NCBI GenBank assembly: GCA_964016885.1
Contig: OZ024743.1
Span: 93,310,001 to 93,374,000, forward strand
DNA: 64,000 bases
Direction of reading: 5' to 3'
Source of the DNA: Eledone cirrhosa
Taxonomy: Eukaryota
A program made the position numbers and the translations under genes. Shown in pieces: positions 53,138 through 64,000 of the stretch. How positions within the stretch are numbered: the first letter of the stretch is position 1; every line of letters starts with the position of its first letter. The notes below the pieces were generated by a model that worked only from the letters and a program-made list of their open reading frames with translations, was not told where the DNA came from and searched no databases.

Positions 53138-55209
53138 GTTGAGGTATCAATACATATTTAATATGTATGATGATCATGTTTCTCAATAAATAATCTCAAT
53201 GGACCTGGGTTCAGTGCATCAATTATTCAATTTAAGAGATTTATGTAGAGAGAGACAGAGTCGTATATCGCTTGAAAAATACATAGTATATTGTACACAT
53301 ATATAAAGCCAATAATAATCAGGAAAATCTACACAATTTAAGGTGGGAAAAGTCATTTCTTAGTTACAGCGCTGTTTCATAGTCTAAAATGAAGAAAAAA
53401 AATCAAGCAAAACCATCGATTTAAGTAATTAATTATCGATTACCAACTTGGTTTTGGTAAAGCAACAAAAAAAACAAGGATTTAATCGTCGGAGGAAACT
53501 CCAAATGGTTGTTTATGGTTGGTAGAATCCTTAACAATATGTATGTTGCACTTCCAAATCTTGGTAGTTGTTTACCAGATATTGGAAGAAATATAGTGTA
53601 GCAGACAAGTTAGTTCCGTTTAGGTAATACCTTCGCCAACAGCAACCTGATGCATTCGGCAACTAACCCAGATCTCGCTGCTCATCAAAATATAGATCGT
53701 TCTCCAATAGGTTTGTGGTTGAACCTGTAATAGTGGAAACTTCCAGCATTCATAGCTCATTACTATGGGATGGAGTTGGCTACTCGCAGAAACGAACCCC
53801 ACGAGTTGGAATGGCTATCCCAACGCGTCTCCCTCGCCAGCCTCAAGGCAACGTTTTCTTCATCCTATCCTCTGGGACCATGAAGTGGTCTATACATAGG
53901 CTGCTATTACACAAAAAAGAACACTTGCCAACTTCATTACGGCCGACATCACTGAGATAGTGATACCGAGTTGTAGTGTCACTTGTATGACATTACAATA
54001 CTTTCAATAAAAATTACAGTGACTGTCAAACCTAATGGGAAAAGGTAACAGGTGTAAGGGAGATAACTTTTACCACGAAACTAGGAAATTTGTTTCGTAA
54101 GAGAAACTTATGCATAAAGCACAAACGGATATTACATCAATGCTCCACATTCAAACAACTGCTGCTGCTGTTGTTGTGGTGCTTTATCTCCTGGCCAGGT
54201 GGATATATATATATATATAAGTATTGAAGTTTCCGTTGAAAATTGAAAAAGTCATAGGAGTAAAGAGTGCTCTATGTAAGTACCAGAGCAAAATTTAATG
54301 TATAATAAACAATACAATATAATTACCTCATTACCAGAGGTTCCCCAAATAAGAGGAATACGAAAAACGTCCTCATTCGTTCGTCGGACAAGGCAATTTA
54401 AAACAGTGAAATATTTGGAAAGTCTCCTCAAGAAATGCAAAAAATATATAAATAAAAGTAATGAAAGAGATATATAAAAAAATATAAGGAAATATAGTTA
54501 GGGTATGTGTATATGTATGTATATACACTCACAAATGTACATATGTGTGTATGGTGAAAATGTGTGCGTAAGTTTATTATAAAGAAGCAGTATCAGGAAA
54601 AAAACGTTATTTCACTGTTAATAAACTGTTGCCTTCTACAGTGCGTTTCATTTAACTTACGCAGCATATTTATTTGTTTACTTGCACAGACTCTTCTGTA
54701 CACATACACACAACATTTAGGAAAACGGAAACAAAACAAAAAACAGACATTTTATTTCTATCATAATCAAGTGCGCTAAACCTAAATTGGGCGATATCCA
54801 ATTTACTGGACTAAATGCTGCTTACGTGCTGTAGTTGCTGCTTACTTCAATGTATGAGGCTATTCCAACAAATTTACATTCCCTTTTTTTTAGCCGTTAA
54901 AAGAAATATAGATTTATTTATTGTTTTTTTTTTTTGCGATTTATTTGCCACTGGGGCATAGATTTCTTTATTTGACATGATTTTGTTTGTTTGTTTGTTT
55001 GTTTTTTTTGCGATTTATTTGCCACTAGAGCATTAGGCGGGTAGCGAAAGTAGCAATAATGGCCCGTGTAAGTGGGCCATCTCTCTATATCGGCTTGTAC
55101 AGGTAAGAGAAGGGAGCACCCCCCTCTCTCTGTGCTCCCTGGCAGAAGGGTCGCACACTTTCTACGGGTGTGTGTGTGACCCCAAAAGGCTGCCTCTCTA
55201 TTGAGGACT

Positions 55210-57311
55210 TATAGCGGTGATACTGGTTATATAAGTGTAACAAAACGAGACAATGTTTGTGTATATAATATTTAATTAACGGTAGATAGAATACTTGACA
55301 TGTCAAAGATAGATGTTAGAATGAAACAAAGTTAGCAGATACCGTTTTGATTGCCAGGCAAACGCGGCTGGCAGAGGGCGCCTGGCCTTAGCCAGGCGCC
55401 TGTTGGCCAAATTAATGGCAGAGCCAAATGAGAAGACTCTTGACCTGGTGCCGAAAAGGCAAAGAGAGAGAGGAAGCCCAAAGCTGCCAGTTTTATAGGG
55501 CTCCGACCGGAAGTTGCAGAAAGGGTTCCACCTCCCGTCTAGATCCCAATCAAAACAAGGGAGACAACCGCTACATAACCTCCCGCCAGAATTTTAGTGT
55601 ATAAAAATATGTAGCAAGTTGGCGAGAATGTTGTAACAGGCATGAAAATTACGACAAAAGAATGTTTGGAAAAATCAATGATAGATATCAAGGTAGCCAA
55701 CCGCTCTTGGCCAGAGAACGACTGGACATCCATCTATCCATCACCCAAAGATACAATGTAATAAAGTAAAAGTAATAGAAGAGCTCAAAGTTCAAAATAT
55801 AGTTCACAGGTGTGCAATCACATGACAGCTGGAAAGAAAGTGTGTTCCAGAGAATGAATGCAGGTGGTTTCTGTTCTGTGGTATATCGTGAAATTTCCAA
55901 CCTCCGAATGGATTTTCTCACAGGAAGAGTGCTGCAAAAATAAATTCTCTGGCTTTGGTGAAGCTGTATTGATGTATTGCTGTTGCTGTTATATTGCTGT
56001 TGCTGCTGCTGTTGTCTCGCTGAGTGAGCGTATTCGGTGTTTAAATTCACAGTAAAAAATTTTTTTTTTAGAAAAAAATGAGTTGCGCAAAGTGCCAGAA
56101 ATAGCAGCCGAAGTTGATGGTCGATGTTGAGAATGCGTTGACCTGGAAGGGTCAAGAGGCCAGCGACCAGAGAAATAAGCATTCCCAATAAATGCGCGGT
56201 TATCAACGGTAAATTTACATTGTAAATTTATAAACCGGCAAATAGAAGAATATAGCTTAAGGCTGAAGAATCCTTGGGGGAGAAATGCTATCTCTGGCGT
56301 GCGGCTGTCTGTGAGAAGAGACATCTCAGTGAATCGAGAATTTATGCTGCCTACACGTGCCAATACAAGGTTGAAAAAAAATATTTCTAACGCGCGAGAA
56401 AATAATAGTGCAATTTTGAAAGTGACAATGATGAAAAAGAAAGGCTTCAATCAGCATAATTATAGGTTTGAACTTTGGAAAAAAACAAAAAACTAGAACG
56501 ATGAAGAAAACGAAGAACAAAAGGCAATGGTTCATCGAAAATAAATGTTCCTGTTGAAATGTTTTTTAAAGAATATCAAATTTCTTTTTTTTTTTTTTTT
56601 GCGTTTTGAAAGAGTTCGTTGTAAGAAACGAGAAACATATATATATATCGTGAAATGTTTTGTTTTTTTTTGTTTTGAAAGTGTTCGTTGTAAGAAACGA
56701 GAAACATATATATATATATTGGTGAAATGCGACAGTTAATTGATGCGTGAGAGAAAAAGTATGTCTGTGCGAATTCCACATGTGCGTGTGTGCGTGACCT
56801 TGAGTATTTTCATAGTTTGTCGCTAAATTTGCTGTGTATTCGTAATGTTACTCACACAACCAGATGTGCTATTTTTTTCTTTTTTTGGGGGTGACCACTT
56901 ATAGCGATGAACGGCTGCGTGTTCGTATCACGTCAGGGTCACCAATATAGCGGTGATACTGGTTATATAAGTGTAACAAAACGAGACAATGTTTGTGTAT
57001 ATAATATTTAATTAACGGTAGATAGAATACTTGACATGTCAAAGATAGATGTTAGAATGAAACAAAGTTAGCAGATACCGTTTTGATTGCCAGGCAAACG
57101 CGGCTGGCAGAGGGCGCCTGGCCTTAGCCAGGCGCCTGTTGGCCAAATTAATGGCAGAGCCAAATGAGAAGACTCTTGACCTGGTGCCGAAAAGGCAAAG
57201 AGAGAGAGGAAGCCCAAAGCTGCCAGTTTTATAGGGCTCCGACCGGAAGTTGCAGAAAGGGTTCCACCTCCCGTCTAGATCCCAATCAAAACAAGGGAGA
57301 CAACCGCTACA
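55210..57311 (-). mobile_element. Non-autonomous Gypsy-type LTR retrotransposon
   Basis: 366-bp LTRs at 56946-57311 and 55210-55575 (TGTAGCGGT..ACCGCTATA). TSD GACT. PBS TGGTGACCCTGACGTGAT at 56927-56944. PPT GGCGGGAGG at ~55579-55587. No gag/pol seen. Confidence 0.92.
56927..56944 (-). promoter_or_regulatory. Primer-binding site complementary to the tRNA-Trp 3' end
   Basis: 17/18 match to TGGTGACCCCGACGTGAT, one base from the 5' LTR. Confidence 0.85.
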
Positions 57312-57734
57312 GACTTAATTTTTTATATTCCTTTTTAATCACTCGTTAAATGTTTGTACTTGATTTTTGTAAAAAATTCCCCCGCCTAATGCTCTAGTGG
57401 CAAATAAATCGCAAAAAAAAAAAACAAACAAACAAAAACGTGGCAAATAAAGAAATCTATGCCCCAGTGGCAAATAAATCGCAAAAAAAAAAAACAATAA
57501 ATAAATCTATATTTCTTTTAACGGCTAAAAAAAGGGAATGTAAATTTGTTCATACATTGAAGTAAGCAGCAACTACAGCACGTAAGCAGCATTTAGTCCA
57601 CTAAAATTGGATATCGCCCTAAATTGTTTACATTCTGTTTTTTCTACGGATGGGCAGAAATAACAAAATTGCCATGGTGATCTCCATCGATGAAGTATGT
57701 GACAAAACTGGTCGATGTTCCAAAATAGAACATT

Positions 57735-58900
57735 GCCCAGAAGATCACATCTGCCATATCTGTACGGAACCCGAAAACTCGTTCCGTAATCCCGTTCCGT
57801 AATCGTTGGGTCGAATGTGGAACCTGTCACATCTCTGTTTGCCTTCAATGCGCCACAGGCTTCCGGAAGATCCCAGGCCAAAACAAGAAACATCATATTG
57901 CCTCGATGGATAGACTCTGGGAGATGGTCCAGCTAACAAACTGGTCCTTTCAGTGCCTGGACTGTATGCCTGCTTCTCCCATTGCTGCAGAACAACAACA
58001 ACAAAAACCGAAGATCGTGTCTTCTTCTACCATTGTTCCCGAACAACAACAACAAAATCCGAGGATCGTGTCTTCCTCTACCATTGTTCCTGAACAACAG
58101 CAAAAACCAACGACCGTAGCTTCTGCTACTACCCCCGTTGAAGGACTTCATCAACAACAGCAACCCATGTCTTCCTCCCCCGTTACTTTTCAACAACAAC
58201 AACCGACGACGGTGTCTTCCCTTACTATGCCTGTTGAAGGAGAAGAACAACAACAAAAACCGACCGTCAATACGGAGTTTGAGGAAATACGGCAAATGAT
58301 TTCCGCTTTAAGCCAAGAAATAGCGGAAATAAAATCAAGCGTTCGTGTAGAACCCCACAATGAGGGATCTTACCGGAGTGCCTTGTTAAAAAATCTCCGC
58401 GTACCTCATGTTGAACCTAGACGCATTGAGAATGCCACTGAATCTGCAAACCACGAAGTGATTGCCATTGGAGTACCAGAAGACATAGTTGATCTTCAGG
58501 CATTTGCTGCCAGTTCATCCAAAGACCTGGGCTGTGCTCCCGCAAAGGGTGCTCTACGCCTTGGCCGACCAGGCTCGAAACCCAGGCTAATTAGACTGTC
58601 GTTTTCAAACTCAACTGAGGCACGTTCATACCTTGTAGCCTCTGATAAAGCTAGGCGTGAAAGTCGGATTGCTTTCCGAACACGCCCTGGTCTTCCACCT
58701 GATGTCCGCCCAAAGTTGCGTGCTGCAGCTTCCTTAAACCGCAACTCGGCAGTACATGAAAGCTTCAGCCTACGAGATGATGGGCAGATATGAAAGTTTG
58801 TTAAGGCTGGCGAAATATGGAAAAGAGACACCAGCTGGTCTGAAAACACTGTACCCACAACAACTGACAATAAAAAAACTGAAAAAACTCTGGGAAACTA
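57735..58900 (+). pseudogene. CR1 ORF1: PHD-like finger, Q/T/S-rich repeats, coiled coil, RRM-like region
   Basis: CHIC..WVECGTCHISVCLQC..WSFQCLDC, broken by a 13-nt duplication at ~57780-57804. Also IAIGVPE and LRLGRPGSKPRLIRLSF. The TGA at 58791 is probably a premature stop. Confidence 0.8.
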
Positions 58901-58957
58901 AATCAGAACAACCTGCCATTCCCTGCACATAATCATAGACTGGAATCAAGGTACAAA

Positions 58958-61710
58958 TTGTTGTCCTTGAATGCACGTAGTCTATGCAATAAGATTCATC
59001 TTTTTGACTCCTACGTCAAAAGTATCAACCCTGACTTCATTATAGTCACAGAAACTTGGGCACATCCCTTATTCTGTGATGGGGTTTTCAGCATGACTGG
59101 CTACAACCTGTTTCGTAAAGACCGCATTAATCGTCGTGGTGGTGGTGTAATGGTCTACGTTCGGTCAAATCTGTCGGCAATTCCTTGTGCTGATTTGAAC
59201 CAATCACAGCAGGAAGTTTTTTTCTGCGATATACGTATGACCATGTCAACACTGCTACTTGGAGTCGTTTACCGTCCCCCAAATTACCACCAGGACACTC
59301 AACTTTGTGATATCCTCAGAGCTGCTGCCAGGAAGACAGCTACTTATGTTTTCATTGCAGGAGACTTCAATCACCCTGAGATTGACTGGGAAACCTTTCA
59401 TTGGCCGCCAAGTGCAAACGACTTCCTTGAGCTAGTGCTGGACTCGAGTTGGTCCCAGGTGGTCACCTCCCCAACAAGAGGTGACAACACTTTGGACCTA
59501 CTCTTCACCACTACTCCTGAAACAGTCATTAGTGTTACTGCTGAGGAACCTTTAGGTGACTCTGATCATGCTATGATCATTGCCAATCTATCCCTCATGG
59601 GCAGTAACAAGAACCACAACCATCTCCAAACTGCTCACTTTGATTGAATAAAACAGACTGGAACTGTTACTGCACCGAGTTGCAACGGCCAAACTGGCTT
59701 GAGTTCTACGACTCTGGAGATGTCAACACTGTACTCCAGAACATCCTGAGCTCAATATGGACAGCATGTGCAGCATCGGTGCCACGTAAGCAGAAAAAAC
59801 ATCCCAAAAGTGCAATTTGGGAGACTGCAGCAGTCCGTCTTGCCAGAAAAGAACGGCGCAATGCTGAACGTGAGTACAAACTTCACAAATCAGACATTAA
59901 TAGGAAGAGGCGAAATAGATCGTCCAACCACCTCAAACAGGTGACAAAAAAGGCAGTGCTTCAATTTGAGCAGCGCAGAGCAACCAGCCCTGACAGTAAG
60001 GTGTTCTGGAAGTATGTTCACTCAAAACAGAGGCCTCACTCTCCACTTGGTCCTCTTCGCAATCCCCACACAAGCCAGGTTACTGACGACCCCCAAGGAA
60101 TGCGCAGAGCTCATTGCTGAATGCTAAGCAGGCATTTTCACTATTGAAGACCAGAGTGTACCATCTCCACCACCTATGACACCGGACTCTATTACAACCA
60201 TGGAATTTACACCTGCAATGCTGCGACGTCACCTAAAAAATAAACGCAACCATGCCTCTCCTGGTTTTGATGGTGTTACGTACCTGCTTCTTAAACGTGG
60301 TGGGTACTTCCTTTTGCACCAGTTATCACGCTTCTTCCAATTCTGTCTGAACAACAGTGCCACTCCAGAACAGTGGAAAACTGCCAGTGTCATTCCTCTG
60401 TTCAAAAAGGGTGACCGCACATCACCTGTGAACTATCGTCCAGTCAGTCTTACTAGTTGCATCGCCAAACTGATGGAATCCTGTGTCAGAGAAACACTTT
60501 GGAACTTCTGGAGCTCTCACAGTCTTATCCGGCCCTCGCAATTTGGATTTATCCCCAACTCCAGCTGCTGTGATCAACTTATAGAGTTTCTTGGGGACAT
60601 CACCCGGATCACTGATGGCGGCTCATGGGTGGATGTTGTTTACCTTGACTTTGCGAAAGCCTTCAATTCTGTGCCACACAAAAGGCTTATGGCAAAACTC
60701 TCTGCAATGGGTGTGAAGGATGATCTTTTTAACTGGTTGAAGTCCTTCATTCTCAGTCGAAGAGAGGTAGTCACGGTTCTGGGACAGCATTCCTCACCAT
60801 ATGAGATGTCATCTGGTGTACCACAGGGATCTGTTCTTGGCCCTCTTTTGTTTGTGGCATATATTAATGACATAGATGCCAACTTAAAGAATGCAACGGT
60901 ACTAAAGTACGCAGATGACATCAAGCTGTACCTTGAGATAAAAAGGAAAGACCCTGAACACTATAGATCTTGCTTACAGTCTGACCTGGACACAAAGCAA
61001 CAATGGATCTCAGACTGGCAACTCAAGCTAGCTGTGGACAAGTGCACCACCATGCATTTTGGGAGTAAAAACCCAGCGTCCATATACTCCCTCCACAACA
61101 CTAATATCAAGAAGTCTTCCTGTGAACGTGACCTGGGCATTACGGTCAGCAGCGATTTGCGTTGGACGAAGCACGTCTCTAAAATTGTCAAGACGGCCGA
61201 GGGTGTCTTAGCATCACTCAGCAAGACCTTTGTCAGCCGCTCTCCAGCTATCTATTTAAGGCTGTACATGGCTATGGTGCGGCCACACTTAGAATTTGCA
61301 TCACCAGTGTGGAACCCCTATCTTGCTCAGAACATTGACCGCCTGGAAACTGTTCAGAGACGTGCAACCAAGCGAATACCCTCCATTAGGCATCTACCAT
61401 ACTCTGAGCGCCTTGCTTCCCTGGGCATGGATACATTGAAGCTCCGACGCCTGGCAACTTGGTAAACACCCACAAAATTGTTAACCATGTTGCCAACAAC
61501 AACCCTGAGTACCTTTTTGATTTCCATGTGTCTAACACACGTGGACATGCCCACAAAGAACACAGCACAGTTCCCATGACTTTCGGAAACATTTTTTCAC
61601 GCTCAGAGTTGCTGAAGCATGGAACAAACTCCCTGCATCAGTTGTTAACTGTCGAGACACTGCATCCTTTAAGGCCTCCATGCTTCCCGAGATCCGCCAA
61701 CACTACAGCT
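58958..61710 (+). pseudogene. CR1 ORF2 (APE + RT), disrupted
   Basis: LNARSL, VTETW, GGGV, YRPP, GDFN, SDH; NYRPVSLT, YLDFAKAF, GVPQGSVLGP, KYADD, RPHLEFASPVWNP. Stops or frameshifts near 59645, 60100 and 61460. Confidence 0.92.
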
Positions 61711-62005
61711 GATGTTTCCCCTCCATACACATACACACATGTATACCATGACACTATTCACTTCCCTGACATTTGTGTATTATTCTATGTACTATACATA
61801 CACCTTTGACGAGTTGTAGTGCACCTGAGCACTTTACACAATAATTTCATTATATTATATATGGTGAAAATGTGTGCGTAAGTACATATATGAGGGCAAG
61901 TATATTTGTGTATATGTGACCACAAATACGTATATAATATGAGTTGAAAAAGAAAATGTATGATAATATAGTTGACACGCATCCAGATACAGGTATTAAA
62001 TAGAG

Positions 62006-62843
<838 letters not shown>

Positions 62844-64000
62844 CTTTCCTCAAAGACTATTATAGTCTAGATATTACATTTGAAAACACAAGTAAAGTAG
62901 TTAATTTCCTAGATATAACTTTAGACTTATCTACGGGTATCTACCAACCTTACCATAAACCTAACCAAAACTTACATTACATACACTCACAATCTAATCA
63001 CCCTAGATCTATCCTTAAAAACCTAGTGTATAATATCTCACTCAGAATTTCTAACCTTTCATCTAACCAGGATGTATTTGATAAAAATGCGACCTTTTAT
63101 AACGAAGCTTTAGCTAGAAGTGGCCACAAAAATAAATTAGTATATATACCTTGTACCAATAACACTACAAACATACAACCTAATATTACTAACAAACACC
63201 AAATGAAACATACACACCTAAATGCCACTCACACTATACCCAAAAATACCAACATAAAACTAAATTTCTCTAACTCTTCTAATATACAATATAGTAACTC
63301 TCAAAAAACTATTCATCCTACTACTCTAATAAATGTTAATAATAAAACTCCTAATAAACAAGCTAAAACACCTAAATCAATGAATCTAACTAAAAATGTG
63401 TGTGGTGAAGTCATTAACAATAATTCTCTTAATAAACATCAGGATACATCCTATAAAAATAATAAACAACATCGAAACCGTAATAGACGAGTTACTTGGT
63501 ATAATGCTCCATTTAATTTACAAATTAAAGATAATATACCTAAAAAAATGTTTACTATCCTAGAAAAGAACTTCCCGCCAAACCACAAATACCATCAAAT
63601 TTTAAATAGATCAACGGTTAAATGCTCCTACTCAACAACCAAAAACATAAAACAAAAATAAGTGCCTATAATGCATATAAATGTAAAATAACCATGAGTA
63701 TACCACCAATACATCAAACTAATCATAATATCTCCTCTGATACAGGATTCACGAAAAGTTGTAACTGTAGAAACAAAGCAAATTGCCCATTAAAAGGAAA
63801 TTGCCTTGTTAATAACATAGTATATAAATGTAAAGTTAACACGAAGGACTCAATTTATTCATATATAGGAGCTACCTCTAACCAATTTAAAGTAAGATTT
63901 AATACCCACAAACACAGTTTTAAAAATGCCGCATTAGCTAATACAACATCTTTAGCTGAAATAATTAATAATTATAGAAAGAGGAATATAGATTATGACC
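62844..64000 (+). mobile_element. Penelope-like element, 5'-truncated, running off the window
   Basis: [23 protein letters not shown]. After a frameshift near 63660: CNCRNKANCPL..IVYKC..YIGATSNQFKVRFNTH (GIY-YIG). Confidence 0.92.

Larger units (their letters stand above)
54790..57618. mobile_element. Non-autonomous DNA transposon with ~250-bp TIRs, GG termini and 8-bp TSD (Merlin-like)
   Basis: GGCGATATCCAATTT...AAATTGGATATCGCC. TSD CTAAATTG at 54782-54789 and 57619-57626. TIRs contain an internal GCGATTTATTTGCCACT repeat. Confidence 0.85.
54574..61860 (+). mobile_element. Full-length CR1-type LINE with nested insertions in its 5' UTR
   Basis: 23-24 bp direct repeat ATGGTGAAAATGTGTGCGTAAGT at 54551-54573 and 61861-61883; ORF1, ORF2 and an ATTAT tail. 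Confidence 0.9.

Noticed and set aside
53600-53960. GC-richer patch as a possible exon
   Set aside because: No recognisable domain or convincing splice pair; left unassigned.
55688-56496. ORFs inside the LTR element as gag or accessory genes
   Set aside because: No zinc-knuckle, protease, RT or integrase motifs; the sequence is low-complexity and has no convincing start context.

Overview
Eukaryotic, AT-rich, repeat-saturated DNA with no prokaryotic features. A cephalopod (octopus-like) source is inferred from the repeat landscape. The first ~37 kb is a pile-up of RTE-clade LINEs embedded in long punctuated (TA)n tracts. There are three RTE families (A, B, C), with (GAT)n tails and a PHD finger inside the RT, and one copy has an uninterrupted 1022-aa APE-RT ORF (9396-12464). 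Penelope-like elements (PLEs) are interleaved with them. The only host gene I can support is the last two exons of an FkbM/Methyltransf_21-like methyltransferase (39167-39416, 43996-44160). At 54574-61860 a full-length CR1-type LINE (23-24 bp TSD) contains a GG-terminal MITE with an 8-bp TSD, which in turn contains a young non-coding Gypsy-type LTR element (tRNA-Trp PBS). The most interesting signals are in RNA structure. (1) Several minimal hammerhead ribozymes with palindromic stem III and long stem II lie in PLE pseudo-LTRs and ORF-less fold-back modules. (2) A covarying H-type pseudoknot plus GNRA-hairpin cassette is tandemly arrayed in RTE 3' UTRs, appears in the 5' UTR of family A, and is captured by a chimeric SINE. 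All calls are by eye; no searches or folding programs were run.
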